From contig CAWFFN010000007.1 of the NCBI GenBank assembly GCA_963815115.1, positions 448,001 to 512,000 of the forward strand: 64,000 nucleotides of DNA, written 5' to 3'. The notes under the pieces are model-generated. The model searched no databases. It was not told the DNA's origin and saw only the letters and a list, made by a program, of their open reading frames with translations. The DNA comes from an uncultured delta proteobacterium (GTDB lineage: Bacteria; Desulfobacterota; Binatia; DP-6). Both the position numbers and the translations under genes were made by a program. Below, piece after piece: positions 29,986 through 42,410 of this stretch (position 1 is the stretch's first letter; every line of letters starts with the position of its first letter).

Positions 29986-31929
29986 TCACGGGTCGCGGAT
30001 GGTCAGGGTGACCGTGCTGCCACGACCGAATTCACTCTCGAGGGTGATCGCACCCCCGAGCAGGGCGGCCAGCTTCTGACTCAGGTGGAGCCCGAGGCCC
30101 GTACCCTCCTGGTGATGTCCGGGAGGGGCCTCGAGCTGCGCGAACGCCCGGAACAGCTTCACCTGGTCTTCGGGACGGATGCCGATGCCGGTGTCGGTCA
30201 CGCTGAACTCCGTGAGCGTCTGCTGGCCGTCCCAGCGCCGCTTCAGCTCGAGACGAACCTCGCCGTGCTGGGTGAACTTGATGGCGTTGTTCGTCAGGTT
30301 GAGCAGAATCTGGCTGAGCGCTCGATGGTCGGTGTCGATGGACATGGGCTCGGACGGCATCTGGAGTACCAGCCGCAGGCCCTTCTGCTCCGCCAGGAGC
30401 CGCAACGCGCTGGCCGTGTCGTCGACGACCTGCTGGGCGACCACCGGTTCGAGCCGGAGCTCCACCTTGCCGGACTCGATCTTCGCCAGGTCGAGGAGGT
30501 CGTTGATCAGCGAGAGCAGGTGCTTCGCGCTGCTCTGAACGGTCCTGAGCTGCCTGTCCTGGTCGGGCGTCAGCGGTCCCGGGAGCTTCATGAGCAGGGT
30601 GCCGGTGAAGCCGATGATGGCGTTGAGCGGCGTCCGGAGCTCGTGCGACATGCTGGCCAGGAAGCGGTCCTTGGCGCGGCTCGCCGCTTCGAGCTCGGCA
30701 GTTCGTTCGGCGACGCGCCGCTCGAGATCGGTGTTGAGCTTGCGAATCTCCTCCTCCCCGCGCTTCCGCTCGGTGATGTCGATGATCGAGGCCAGGACGA
30801 ACAATCCCTCCGAGGTCTTGATGGGGTTGAGGCCGATCTCGATCGGGACCTCCGTGCCGTCCTTCCGGCGTCCGAACAGATCGCGTCCGGCCCCCATCGA
30901 GCGCGTCTTCGGGTCGGCGAGGAAGCTGGTGCGATAGCCCGGATGGTCGTGGCGGAAGCGCTCCGGAACGAGGATCTCGACGGGTTTCCCGATGAGCTCG
31001 CTGCGCGTGTAGCGGAACACCGCTTCCACCTGGGCATTCACCAGCGTGATGCGGCCCTCCGCGTTCACCATGATCATCGCGTTTGGCGCAGCTTCCACCA
31101 CCAGCCGCAGCCGATCCTCCGCTTCCCGGCGCTCGGTAATGTCGCTCATCGAGGCGAGGACGAACGTGCCTTCGATGGTCTGGATCGGATTGAGGCCGAT
31201 CTCGATGGACACTTCCGTGCCGTCCTTCTTGAGGCCGACGAGCTGACGACCCCTCATGGGACGGACACTCGGGTCGCCGAAGAACTCCGTGCGGAAGTGC
31301 GCGTGTGAGGCGCGGAAGCGCCCGGGCATCAACAGCTCGATGGGCTTCCCCAGGAGCTCGCTGCGCGCATGGCCGAACAGGGCCTCGACCTGGGCGTTGA
31401 CCAGGACGATCTGGCCTTCCGGGTCCGTCATGACGATGGCGTTGGGGGCCGCCTCCACGGTCATGCGGAGGCGGCTCGCCTGCCTGCCGTCGGTCGCGTC
31501 GCGCGTGATCTTCGAGAAGCCGCGCAGAGTTCCATCGGGAGCACGCAACGCCGTGATGCTGACGCTGGCCCAGAATCGCGTGCCGTCCTTGCGCAAGCGC
31601 CAGCCCTCGTCCTCGCAGCGGCCGCGCGCCGCGGCGGTCCTGAGCGCGTCGTCGGGCTTGCCGCGCTCGACGTCGGCGCGCGAATAGAAGCGAGAGAAGT
31701 GCTGGCCGATGATCTCTTCGGCGCGATACCCCTTGATGCGCTCCGCTCCGGCGTTCCAGGTGGTCACGTGTCCCGCCGGGTCCAGCATGAAGATCGCGTA
31801 GTCCTCGATCCCCTCCACGAGAAGGCGAAAGTCGTCTTCGCTGCCTCCCAGTCCATCCGGCGTCTGTCGCTCTACTGGAGTCGTGCCCGGGGACGCGACG
31901 CCGCTCCGATGGGCTACGTCGCTGGGCAT
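29986..31929 (-). CDS. triple-PAS sensor histidine kinase
   Basis: WNAGAERIKGY; two VEAAPNA..GxxKDGTEV PAS domains; MSHELRTPL; NAIKFT; GTGLGL. Confidence 0.93.
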   Translation of the reverse strand: MPSDVAHRSGVASPGTTPVERQTPDGLGGSEDDFRLLVEGIEDYAIFMLDPAGHVTTWNAGAERIKGYRAEEIIGQHFSRFYSRADVERGKPDDALRTAAARGRCEDEGWRLRKDGTRFWASVSITALRAPDGTLRGFSKITRDATDGRQASRLRMTVEAAPNAIVMTDPEGQIVLVNAQVEALFGHARSELLGKPIELLMPGRFRASHAHFRTEFFGDPSVRPMRGRQLVGLKKDGTEVSIEIGLNPIQTIEGTFVLASMSDITERREAEDRLRLVVEAAPNAMIMVNAEGRITLVNAQVEAVFRYTRSELIGKPVEILVPERFRHDHPGYRTSFLADPKTRSMGAGRDLFGRRKDGTEVPIEIGLNPIKTSEGLFVLASIIDITERKRGEEEIRKLNTDLERRVAERTAELEAASRAKDRFLASMSHELRTPLNAIIGFTGTLLMKLPGPLTPDQDRQLRTVQSSAKHLLSLINDLLDLAKIESGKVELRLEPVVAQQVVDDTASALRLLAEQKGLRLVLQMPSEPMSIDTDHRALSQILLNLTNNAIKFTQHGEVRLELKRRWDGQQTLTEFSVTDTGIGIRPEDQVKLFRAFAQLEAPPGHHQEGTGLGLHLSQKLAALLGGAITLESEFGRGSTVTLTIRDP

Positions 31930-32525
31930 CGACGCCTCCGGGGCTTCCGGTTCATCAGCGCCAAGCATCCTCCAGGGTATGGCTTCCTGTCTAGTACCCA
32001 CTCCCACTACAAATGCATGTCCGACATGGAGCGTGCCGCATGCGGTCTGCGGCGCCGGGGCGACGGCGTCCGCACGCCATGCGAATCAGATTCGTCCGCG
32101 TTCACGCGGTACGACATGCCGGTCGCCGCTGGCCGCGGACCGGGCAGGGCGGAGGACCCGAGTTGCGAGCCGGGGCCCGTCGCGGCATGTGCTGGTTCGC
32201 GATGAGCCGCGGGGGCACTCGACCGGGGGGGCGGGGGAGATTGCTCGCGTTCGCCTCGTCAATCGCCCTCGTGGGGCGGGGAGCGGCATTTCCTTGCGGC
32301 CGTCTGCGGGTTCCGGCACGCTCGACTGCTCTCGATTCCTGGTGCCGACCAGGACCCTCGTGCTTCACGCTCGCGTCACGATCGCGCCGGTAGCATGGAA
32401 ACCGATGCGATCGACGCGGTCCTTCGGGGGCGCGCTCTGACCAGGCGCCGCACGCTCCGGGGAGGACCGCCGCGAGTCGGGGCCGTCCGTGGCGAGCGCG
32501 CCGACCGCCGCGAGGTGATCGAGAG

Positions 32526-33644
32526 GTGACGCGCGGCACCGGTGCCCTCGTGACACTCGCGCTCGCCCTGCTCGCCACCGCTGCGGCGTTGCCCCTGAGC
32601 GGGGCGCTGGACGCCCGGATCGACGGCTCGCTCGGTGCCTGGCGCACGTGCACCGGCCTCGCCGAGGCGAGTCTGGTGAGCAGTCTCGTGATGCCGGTCG
32701 GCGTTGCCTTCCTGGTCCTCGCGGTGGCGCGTGCCCTGTGGCGCCGGCAACCAGCGCCGCTCGAGATCGCGTCCCTGCTGGCGGCCGTCGGTGCGGGAGT
32801 GCTCCTGGTCGGTACGCTGAAAGACATCCTCGATCGGCCCCGGCCGGGCGCCGAGTTCTTGCTGCCCGGCGGCGGCAGCTTCCCGAGCGGCCACGTCGGC
32901 AACACGATGGTGAACGGCATCGCGATCCTGACGTTGTGGTGGGGCGGCGTGCGCGCCGGCTCGCACAGGCGGGGCTGGCTCCTGCTCGGGGCACTCCTGG
33001 CGGTCGTCGCCGTGGCGCGGGTCTACGAGCGCCGACACTGGCCGTCGGATACGCTCGCCGCGGCCGCGATCGCGGCTGCCTACGGATTGCTCGCCATGCG
33101 TCATCCCGATCCGCGCTGGCGGGTGGGGACCATCCTCGTCGGGCTCACGCTCGTGATCCTCGCGCAGGCCGCCATCGCGCGCGGGTTCAAGATCTGCCTC
33201 CCGGCGGGCAGCCGCGCGAGTCGGGGGACGACGGAGCAGATGGCGTTCGGAGCGGCGTTCGAGCAAGGCCGCCTGCGCGGCCACTGGGAACGCGATGCGC
33301 CGGATCCGTATCGCCGCAGTGCGTGGCTGCTGTCGGACGATGGGGAGATCGTGCTTCCGAGCCGCGGCCACTTCGACGAGGTGCGGCTGGTGGCCCGGCC
33401 GCGCAGCGATCTGCAGCCGACCGAATGCTCTCGCCTCCGGGTCGCCCTCAACGGCCGGGTCCTCGGCGACCCGATCCTGCTGCCCGGCTGGCGGGCCTAT
33501 GTCTTCCCGACCGTGCCGGCAGATTTCCGCGGCGATGAGAACGTCCTGTCTCTCCGGGTGAGCGGTACCGAAGCCGTGACACGCGGCGTACCGGCGCGGA
33601 GGGCGGCACTCAGCGAGCTGTCGCTTGCCACCGCGACGCCATGA
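32526..33644 (+). CDS. PAP2-family phosphatase with C-terminal soluble domain
   Basis: KDILDRPRP, SFPSGH, ARVYERRHWPSD. Confidence 0.82.
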   Translation: MTRGTGALVTLALALLATAAALPLSGALDARIDGSLGAWRTCTGLAEASLVSSLVMPVGVAFLVLAVARALWRRQPAPLEIASLLAAVGAGVLLVGTLKDILDRPRPGAEFLLPGGGSFPSGHVGNTMVNGIAILTLWWGGVRAGSHRRGWLLLGALLAVVAVARVYERRHWPSDTLAAAAIAAAYGLLAMRHPDPRWRVGTILVGLTLVILAQAAIARGFKICLPAGSRASRGTTEQMAFGAAFEQGRLRGHWERDAPDPYRRSAWLLSDDGEIVLPSRGHFDEVRLVARPRSDLQPTECSRLRVALNGRVLGDPILLPGWRAYVFPTVPADFRGDENVLSLRVSGTEAVTRGVPARRAALSELSLATATP

Positions 33645-33703
33645 CGGGAATCCGCTTCGCCTGGTGGCGTGGACTCGAACCGTAGCGCCGGCCGCGGTGG
33701 CCT

Positions 33704-34264
33704 CTATCGGACGAGGCTCTTCGACCGCTGGCCGTCACGCCGAGTGAGCTGGACGATCGGGATCCTTCGACCCGCGCTGGCCGCGTCGTGTCGATAGCTG
33801 GCGAACGCCGGGAAGACGCGGTCGGCGAGCACCCACAACCGCTCGCGTTCGGCCTCGTCGTTCACCGCCGTCGCCCGCATCGGGATCCCGGCGAGGGTGA
33901 CGTCGGGGTGCGCTGACAGGTTGTGGTACCAGGCCGGGTGCTTCGAGCTGCCGGCATTCGACGCGACGATGATGACCCGGTCGCCGTCATGGAAGTAGAT
34001 GATCGCGTTTCGCCGTCGCGCGCCGCTCCTCGCACCACGGGTCTCGAGCAGCGCGGTGGGGAAGACGAGCGTCGTGGCCACGCGGCCGCGCGTGACTCGC
34101 AGGAGCAGTGGATCGATCTTCCAGTTGACGTGGCGGGAGATGAACCTGGCGAAGCGGCCGGCGGCGAGCGCGGCATAGGAGCGGGCGAAGAGGCCGGGCG
34201 TACGGGTCGGATCGACGTATCTGAGCTGCGCGGCCACCGCGATCGCCCTCCTCTGAAGGTGCAC
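33704..34264 (-). CDS. deazaflavin (F420)-dependent nitroreductase family protein (start uncertain)
   Basis: LETRGARSG..R, VASNAG..KHPAWYHNL..HP, RRIPIVQL. Confidence 0.85.
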   Translation of the reverse strand: MHLQRRAIAVAAQLRYVDPTRTPGLFARSYAALAAGRFARFISRHVNWKIDPLLLRVTRGRVATTLVFPTALLETRGARSGARRRNAIIYFHDGDRVIIVASNAGSSKHPAWYHNLSAHPDVTLAGIPMRATAVNDEAERERLWVLADRVFPAFASYRHDAASAGRRIPIVQLTRRDGQRSKSLVR

Positions 34265-34373
34265 TCGCTAGCGACGAATGGGCTAGCCTGCGAGTGTGAC
34301 AGGGCCCGCACCGACAGGCCAACCGTGCAAGCCGTGCCGGTCACCCGGAGGGCATCTGCGGCTCTCCATGCCG

Positions 34374-35663
34374 TCATTCCTCCCCATGCGCCGTGACGGC
34401 GTGAAACTGCGCCAACAGCAGGAGATCGTACGCGGCCTTCAGCACGCCGCCACAGACGAGCGGCCAGCCGACGGCGGACCGGTCGAGCATCAGGCCGGCG
34501 AAGAGCGGCGGCAGGGCGGCTGCCAGGCTGCGCGGCACGTTGGTGACGCTGGCGGCCGCGGCGCGCTCCGCGGGCGGCACGACCGCCATCACCAGGGCCT
34601 GCCGCGCCGGGACGTCCATCTGTGAGAGCGCCGCGCGCAGCAAGAGACAGATGATCGCGAGCGGCGCGCTCGGCACCAGCCCGGCAGCGACCAGCAGCAG
34701 ATTGGCCGGGAGATGGGTATAGACCATGGTGCGCACGAGTCCGATGCGGATGGCCAGCAGCGGCGAGAGGAGCTGGGAGAGACCGCCGAGGACGCTGGTG
34801 GCGAAGAAGACGCCGGCCGTCGCCGATGGCGAGAGATCGAACCGCCGGTAGAGCCACAGCACGAGCAAGGACTGGACGACGAATCCACCGCCGAACGAGT
34901 CGAGGCTGAAGAGGGCGGCGAGCTGGACCACGATGCGACGCGAGCGCGCGAGCGGCCCGCCGGCCGCGTCCCGGCCCGTCTCGACGGAGGATCCGAGCCT
35001 CCGGTAGACGATCGCCGTCGCGACCGCGATGGCGGAATAGACCACGAAGCCCACGCGATCCGGCGTGTCGGACCCCGCGCCGCCGCCGTGCGCGAGCAGC
35101 CACGGCGCCGCGCTGGCGAGCGCGCCCAGCCCACCCGCGAAGTTGCCCGCGACGTTGTACCAGGCGAACATGCTGGTCCGGTCTCGGGGGGCCGTGGTCT
35201 GCGCCAGGGCGGCCTGCTCGGCGGGGAGGAAGACGCTGACGTCGCCGGCGGACGGGTTCAGCGTTCCGAGCACCGCCACGGCGAGGAGCGGCCAGAAGGC
35301 CGTGATGCCGGCGAAGCCGAGGCCGGTGGCGAGCATGAGAACGGACGCGCCCAGGAGGATGCGGCGCCGCTCGAGACGGTGGCCGGCGAGACCGAGAACG
35401 ATGGTGAGCGCTGCGGACCCGAGAAGCGTCGCGGTGACGATGGCACCGACCTGCACGGGCGTGAACCCGATGGCGGTCAGGTAGCCGGCAAGGAGGACGC
35501 TCACCAGGCCGTCGGCGAACCCGCGCAGCGCGCGGGCGAGCAGGATCCGGCGCGCGTCGGGCGTGGGCCGCGGCACGGAGGATGCCGGCGGATCGACCTG
35601 CCGGCCCCCCGGGATGGCGGCGACCTGCGATCCGGGCTGCTCGCGTGACGGCCGCGACGGCAT
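34374..35663 (-). CDS. MFS transporter
   Basis: ARALRGFADG, GTLNPSAGDVSVFLP, FSLDSFGGGF, SQMDVPARQ. Confidence 0.9.
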   Translation of the reverse strand: MPSRPSREQPGSQVAAIPGGRQVDPPASSVPRPTPDARRILLARALRGFADGLVSVLLAGYLTAIGFTPVQVGAIVTATLLGSAALTIVLGLAGHRLERRRILLGASVLMLATGLGFAGITAFWPLLAVAVLGTLNPSAGDVSVFLPAEQAALAQTTAPRDRTSMFAWYNVAGNFAGGLGALASAAPWLLAHGGGAGSDTPDRVGFVVYSAIAVATAIVYRRLGSSVETGRDAAGGPLARSRRIVVQLAALFSLDSFGGGFVVQSLLVLWLYRRFDLSPSATAGVFFATSVLGGLSQLLSPLLAIRIGLVRTMVYTHLPANLLLVAAGLVPSAPLAIICLLLRAALSQMDVPARQALVMAVVPPAERAAAASVTNVPRSLAAALPPLFAGLMLDRSAVGWPLVCGGVLKAAYDLLLLAQFHAVTAHGEE

Positions 35664-35747
35664 GCCGCACGTGTAGGTGCGGCTGCGACCGGGAGTCAAC
35701 GAGCCCGAGCCCCCGGGCGCGCACGGACCGCCGCGCCAGCGCAGAGG

Positions 35748-37087
<1,340 letters not shown>

Positions 37088-37091
<4 letters not shown>

Positions 37092-38023
37092 GCGAGCCCT
37101 CCGGCGGGAAGCCTCACCGTGAAGCGCGCGCCGCCGCCGGCACGGTCGCCGACGTCGATCGTGCCGCCGTGCGCCTCGACGATCTGGCGCGCGACCGCGA
37201 GGCCGAGCCCGGTGCCGCGCGGCCGCGTCGTGAAGAAGGGCTCGAAGATCCGGCCGCGAATCTCGGTCGGGATGCCGGGGCCGTCGTCCGACACGGCGAG
37301 CTCGACGCCGTCGGCGGCCCCGCGCGCCTCGACCGTCACGGAGCCACCCGGCGCCACTGCCTCGCCGGCGTTCGAGAGCAGTCCGAGCAGGACCTGGCAG
37401 ACGAGGTCGCCGTCGGCGGTGATCGTCGGCAGGGACGGTGCGTGCTCGCGCCGCAGCCGGACACCGCGGGTGGCCAGGTCGCTGGCGGCGAGGTCGGCCG
37501 CCCGTGCGACCACCTCGGCCAGCGGGACCGGTCGAGGGTTGAGCTGGAGCGGGCGGGCGAAGGCGAGGAGCGCGCTCACCACGCTGCTCAGGCGATCGAC
37601 CTCGGCGATGATGAACGACGCCGCGCGCTGCCCGCTGGCGTCGGCGTGTGGCAGCGTCTCGGTGAGCCCCTGGGCCGCCGAGCGTACGACGGCGAGCGGG
37701 TTGCGAACCTCGTGGGCAATCGCCGCAGCGAGCTGGCCCAGGGCGGCGAGCTTCTCGGTCTGGGCGACGCGCGCCCGTGCCGATGCGAGCGCCTCCGCCG
37801 TCGCCCGCTCTCGCCGGCGCGTGTCGATGGCGTCGCCGAGCAGGAACCCGAGGAGCGCGCCCGTCCCGCTGAACCAGACCGCGACGTGCCAGAACGCGTC
37901 GTGTCCGTTCAAAGCGAACGTGGTGCCGAGCCAGGACAGGATCACCGTGTCGCCGATGCTCACGACGGCGCCGGCGACGGCGCCCCAGACGCGGAGGCCG
38001 ATCCGGCGGCGCGGTCTCTTCAT
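37088..38023 (-). CDS. membrane sensor histidine kinase
   Basis: Two TM helices; IAHEVRNPL; DDGPG; FEPFFTT; GTGLGL. Confidence 0.92.
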
Positions 38024-38108
38024 GGTCGGGGTCGACGGTGCAACTCGCGGGCCGTTCACGGGCCGGCATTGTTTCCCGGGTGGGGAACGGCGCGCAACGA
38101 GCCGCGGC

Positions 38109-38203
38109 GGTGCGCTGCCGCCACGCCCCGTGGCGCGGGCGCCACGGATGGGACGCGGCGGGGCAGTCGACGCGCGGCTCCCCGATGTGGCACGGGACTT
38201 GGA
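38109..38203 (+). promoter_or_regulatory. sigma54 promoter with upstream activator dyad
   Basis: TGGCAC-GGGAC-TTGGA at 38188-38203 (-12 variant); GTGGCG-N4-CGCCAC at 38130-38145. Confidence 0.6.
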
Positions 38204-38229
38204 CCGCTCGGGTCCGAAAGGAGGTCACC

Positions 38230-38559
38230 ATGACCAGAGGACTCCGGATCGCGCTCGGGTTCGTGCTCGCCGCCTTCGCGGCACTCACGGCGTACACCGT
38301 CCATCGCTACGGCGCCGCCGAGAGCCTGGCCCTGTGCTTCACGAACGCCGCCACCGTCACGCTGTTCGTCGACGCCTCCATCGCGCTCGGTCTCATCGTC
38401 ATCTGGATGTGGCAGGATGCGCGGGCGCGGGGCCGCTCGTGGCTGCCGTACGCGCTGCTGACGGTCACCGCCGGCAGCGTGGGGCCGCTCCTCTACCTGG
38501 TCGCGGGGCGCAGCGCCGGGACGGGCGCCCGCGCATCCGACGGGAGCCTCGCGGCATGA
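38230..38559 (+). CDS. DUF2834-family membrane protein
   Basis: AAGGAGG RBS; VDASIAL..IWMWQDARARG..PYALLT..GSVGPLLYL. Confidence 0.75.
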   Translation: MTRGLRIALGFVLAAFAALTAYTVHRYGAAESLALCFTNAATVTLFVDASIALGLIVIWMWQDARARGRSWLPYALLTVTAGSVGPLLYLVAGRSAGTGARASDGSLAA

Positions 38560-38864
38560 CCTCCGCCGTGCGGGTCCTCGTCGGCGTCGTGCTGCTCGCG
38601 TTCGCGTATCTGAACGCGTACGTCGTGTGGCACTACGGCTACCTGGGCTTCTGGCAACTCGTGACCGCCAACGCGGCGACCATCGCCGCCATGGTCGACC
38701 TGACGATCGCGCTCGCACTCGTCACCGTCTGGATGTGGCGCGACGCGCGCGGACGCGGCATCTTCCTGGCGCCCTATCTGGTGCTCACGGCGACGCTGGG
38801 GAGCATCGGCCCGCTGCTCTACCTGCTGCTGCACGGACGGGCGGCGTCCAGCGAAAAGGCATGA
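38556..38864 (+). CDS. DUF2834-family membrane protein (tandem paralogue)
   Basis: VDLTIAL..VWMWRDARGRG..PYLVLT..GSIGPLLYL. Confidence 0.75.
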   Translation: MTSAVRVLVGVVLLAFAYLNAYVVWHYGYLGFWQLVTANAATIAAMVDLTIALALVTVWMWRDARGRGIFLAPYLVLTATLGSIGPLLYLLLHGRAASSEKA

Positions 38865-38954
38865 CGGCGCCCGTGGGCGACGCGTGACGGGCCGGCGTCC
38901 GTCACGCGTCGAGGCGGCCGCGGCGCGCCCCGAGACGACCCGGGCCGCCCTGCG

Positions 38955-39272
38955 CTAGGCGCAGGCCGTGCGATCGAAGCCGCAACCGGACAGCGTCAGG
39001 CAGCGAGTTGCCGCGTCGTAGAAGCCCGCGAAGCGGCAGACCGTGGTGCCGCGCCGGGTGAGCACCGCACCGGCCACCTCGCCCGTCGCACTGACGGCCA
39101 GGGCGATGTGATGGTGCTTCCCGGCGTGGGACTCGCGGGTGCTGAGCGTCACCAGCGCGACGGTGTGGTTGGCTGCGGTCCCGACCTGCGGCGCGGCCCG
39201 ATCCGGGAGCGGATGCGCGAGCAGGGCGGCGGTGAGAGTGGAAGCCAGCATCATGCTCATCATGCTCGCCAT
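38955..39272 (-). CDS. small secreted hypothetical protein
   Basis: Hydrophobic N-terminus; four Cys in the C-terminal part. Confidence 0.4.
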   Translation of the reverse strand: MASMMSMMLASTLTAALLAHPLPDRAAPQVGTAANHTVALVTLSTRESHAGKHHHIALAVSATGEVAGAVLTRRGTTVCRFAGFYDAATRCLTLSGCGFDRTACA

Positions 39273-39372
39273 GCCGTAGCGCCCCGGCGTACGGATGTGC
39301 GCGAGGTGCCCGGCGGCACCGGCTCGCCGAGATGCGACGTTCGCCCGGAGCGGTCGACGAAACGGCGAACGG

Positions 39373-40545
39373 TCAGCGCAGCGACGCGTACACGGCGTCG
39401 AGGAGCCGTGCCGAGCGGGGGTCTCCCGTCAGCCCGAGCTGCATCTGGTTCATGACGTAGCCGAACCCGATCTCCGCCTCGGGATCGGCGAGACCCAGGG
39501 AGCCGCCCGCTCCGGGATGGCCGAAGGCGCCGTCGCGGGCCGCCGGCGAGAGGGTCGGCGGCACCATGAACCCCGTGCCGAAGCGCGTGGGAAGCATCAG
39601 GACGGCGTCGGGACCGTCGGAGCGCACCTCGCGCGCCGCCCTGATCGTCCCGGGCGCGAGCAGCCGGATGCCGTCGACCTCTCCGGCGAGCGCGGCGTAG
39701 ACGCGTGCGAGCGCGCGCGCGGTGGCGATGCCGTTCGACGACGGCATCTCGGCGGCGTGCAGCGCGCGCCGGTTCCACATCTCGTCGTAGTGGAAGAGAT
39801 TCGAGGGGCCGGTCATGGCGCGGGCGAGGAGGGTGTCCGGCGCCATCAGGCGGTCGAGCAGGTCGCGCGCGTCGCCCGCCGGCAGCGGGGGCGCGGGAAC
39901 GAGCGCCGCAACGCGCGCCTCCTCGGACTCGGGCAGGCCGATCCAGAACTCCAGGCCGAGCGGCGCGGCGATCTCGTCGGCGAAGAACTTGCCGAGGGTC
40001 TTGCCGGTGACGCGCCGGACGACCTCGCCGAGGATCCAGCCGTAGGTTCGGAAGTGGTATCCGTGCCGCGTGCCCGGCTCCCACACCGGCGTCTGCGCGG
40101 CGGTGGCGGCGACCACGGGCTCCCACGCGAGCACCTGATCGAGGGTGAGCGGTGCGTCCACGACCGGCACCCCCGCGCGGTGGCTGAGCACCCACGCCAG
40201 CGGGATGGCCTCCTTGCCCGCGGCGCCGAACTCCGGCCAGTACGCCGCGACGGGCGTGCGGAGGCCGAGCACGCCGCGCTCGACCAGCCGCAGCACGCAG
40301 GCCGCCGTGATGCCCTTGGTGACGGAGAAGACCAGCGCCGCGGTCTCACGCGTCCAGGGCCGGTCGCGCTCGCGATCGGCCATGCCGGCCCACAGGTCCA
40401 CCGCCATCGTGCCGCGATGATACACGCAGCACGCGGCGCCGACCTCGCCGTGGCGCGCGAAGTTGTCCGCGAAGGCATCGCGCACGCGGCCGAAGCGCGG
40501 CGCCGCCTCGCCATGAACGTCGACCGGCACGCGCCCTCGTAGCAT
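39373..40545 (-). CDS. serine hydrolase (beta-lactamase/EstA-like family)
   Basis: FSVTKG, LSHRAG, WEPGTRHGYH, FGHPGAGGS. Confidence 0.92.
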   Translation of the reverse strand: MLRGRVPVDVHGEAAPRFGRVRDAFADNFARHGEVGAACCVYHRGTMAVDLWAGMADRERDRPWTRETAALVFSVTKGITAACVLRLVERGVLGLRTPVAAYWPEFGAAGKEAIPLAWVLSHRAGVPVVDAPLTLDQVLAWEPVVAATAAQTPVWEPGTRHGYHFRTYGWILGEVVRRVTGKTLGKFFADEIAAPLGLEFWIGLPESEEARVAALVPAPPLPAGDARDLLDRLMAPDTLLARAMTGPSNLFHYDEMWNRRALHAAEMPSSNGIATARALARVYAALAGEVDGIRLLAPGTIRAAREVRSDGPDAVLMLPTRFGTGFMVPPTLSPAARDGAFGHPGAGGSLGLADPEAEIGFGYVMNQMQLGLTGDPRSARLLDAVYASLR

Positions 40546-40659
40546 CCAGCCGGGCAGGGGTCACGCCGCCTCGACGACGAGCGCGACGCACGGGATGGCG
40601 CACCGCGCAAGGTCGTTTCGATCTTCCATCGAACGCGGCTCACGTGCCATGCTGCCGCC

Positions 40660-41847
40660 ATGCCTGGACCGATCCCGAGAGCCCTCTACTCCGCCACGCT
40701 CCTGGCCGGCGTGCTCCTCGCCAGCGTCGCGACGGCGGGCCGCCGCGCTGCCGAGAACCCGTATCCGGGATACCGGAGCGCGATCTACTCCGAGCCCGCC
40801 AACTGGCTCTGCCGTCCCGACGAGGACGACGTCTGCGACCACGACCTCGACGCCACGATCGTCAAGGCGAACGGACACACGAGCGTCGATCACTGGCGGC
40901 CCGCGCGCCATCCGAAATTCGACTGCTTCTACATCTACCCGACCATCTCGACCGACCCGGGCCACAACAGCGACCTCGTGCCCGGCGCCGATCAGGAGCT
41001 GTTCGTCGTGCGGCAGCAGGCAGCGCGACTGGGCTCCGTGTGCCGGGTCTTTGCGCCCGTCTACCGTCAGGTCACGTTGACCTCGCTCGTGGCCGGCACG
41101 ACGACGGCGAGCGATGCGGCCATGGCATACGCCGACGTGCTCGACGCCTGGAAGCACTACGTGGCCAACGACAGCGATGGCCGCGGCGTGCTGCTCATCG
41201 GCCACTCGCAGGGCGCGAGCATCCTCACCAGGCTGATCAAGAACGAGATCGACCCCAATCCCGACGTGCGGGACAGGCTCGTGTCGGCGATGCTCCTCGG
41301 CACCAGCCTCCAGGTGCCCGAGGGCAAGGACGTCGGCGGTGACTTCGCCAGCATCCGTCTCTGCCACACGCCGCACGACACCGGTTGTGTCGTCACCTAC
41401 GCGTCCTTCCGGTCGACCGCTCCACCGCCGGGGAACTCGCTCTTCGGCCGCTCGCTGCACGCGGGCTGGAAGGCGGCATGCACCAACCCGGCCTCGCTGC
41501 GCGGCGGGACCGGCACGCTGCACCCCTTCCTGCCCACGAACGGGCAAGCGCTGCCGATCCTGCCGCCGGTGACCCCGCAATGGGTCGCGGCGTCGAAAGG
41601 AGTCACGATCGAGACGCCCTTCGTCACGCTGCCGCGATTCGTCGACGCCGGCTGCGCCGAGGAGAACGGCTTCGTCTATCTCTCGCTCACCGTGAAGGGC
41701 GACACGGCCGACCCCCGCGTCGACGACGTCGGCGGCGACCTCACGCCGGAATGGGGCATGCATCTCATCGACGTCAACGTGGCCATGGGCGACCTGGTCG
41801 CGCTGGCCGGGAGCGAGGGCAAGGCCTACCGCTCGCACCGGCGCTGA
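40660..41847 (+). CDS. DUF3089 secreted alpha/beta hydrolase
   Basis: DCFYIYPT, VFAPVYRQ, GHSQG, CTNP, GMHLID. Confidence 0.88.
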   Translation: MPGPIPRALYSATLLAGVLLASVATAGRRAAENPYPGYRSAIYSEPANWLCRPDEDDVCDHDLDATIVKANGHTSVDHWRPARHPKFDCFYIYPTISTDPGHNSDLVPGADQELFVVRQQAARLGSVCRVFAPVYRQVTLTSLVAGTTTASDAAMAYADVLDAWKHYVANDSDGRGVLLIGHSQGASILTRLIKNEIDPNPDVRDRLVSAMLLGTSLQVPEGKDVGGDFASIRLCHTPHDTGCVVTYASFRSTAPPPGNSLFGRSLHAGWKAACTNPASLRGGTGTLHPFLPTNGQALPILPPVTPQWVAASKGVTIETPFVTLPRFVDAGCAEENGFVYLSLTVKGDTADPRVDDVGGDLTPEWGMHLIDVNVAMGDLVALAGSEGKAYRSHRR

Positions 41848-41863
41848 CCGGCCTGCCGGCGGG

Positions 41864-42316
41864 TCACGCCGTGCCGGCGGCGCGTGCCGGGCTCCGCAGA
41901 TCGACGGCCTGGAGCCACGAGCGGAGCGCCAGGTAGCAGAGCAGTCCGGCGGGCCCGAACAGCAGCGTGAGGAGCAGGATCGGCGACAGCCGATACCCCG
42001 CATCGGGTGCGTCGTGCGTCATCCATCGCGCGACGAAGAGATCGAAGCACAGGTAGTGCACCCAGCCCGCGAGGGCGATCCAGGGCGAGGTGAAGAGCTT
42101 CATCACGCCGGCCAGGCTGCCGAAGGCGTTCGGATCCAGCCCACGTCGCGACAGGACGAAGCCGACGAGTCCGGTGTAGAGCGCGGCGAGAATCGCCCAT
42201 GGCCACGTGCTGCGCGTCAGGCCCCGCGCCGCACTCGTGCCCGGCGCGAGGATCCACACTGCCCAGATCGGGAGCGGCAGGAGGTTGGCGATCTGGAAGA
42301 CCGTGGCGGGCTCCAT
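41864..42316 (-). CDS. ABA4-like (DUF4281) membrane protein
   Basis: AGWVHYLCFDLFVARW, LTLLFGPAGLLCY. Confidence 0.88.
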   Translation of the reverse strand: MEPATVFQIANLLPLPIWAVWILAPGTSAARGLTRSTWPWAILAALYTGLVGFVLSRRGLDPNAFGSLAGVMKLFTSPWIALAGWVHYLCFDLFVARWMTHDAPDAGYRLSPILLLTLLFGPAGLLCYLALRSWLQAVDLRSPARAAGTA

Positions 42317-42410
42317 GGCGGCGCTCTAGGTGGTTTCGCGCACGAACGCCAGCGCTCGCGCGCAGGCTTCGCGCCTTGGGGTGGTACCGTGCCTGTGCTA
42401 AGCCAGGCGC

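Noticed and set aside
34321-34340. GGCACGGCTTGCA as a sigma54 promoter
   Set aside because: GG-to-GC spacing is 8 nt, not the required 10.
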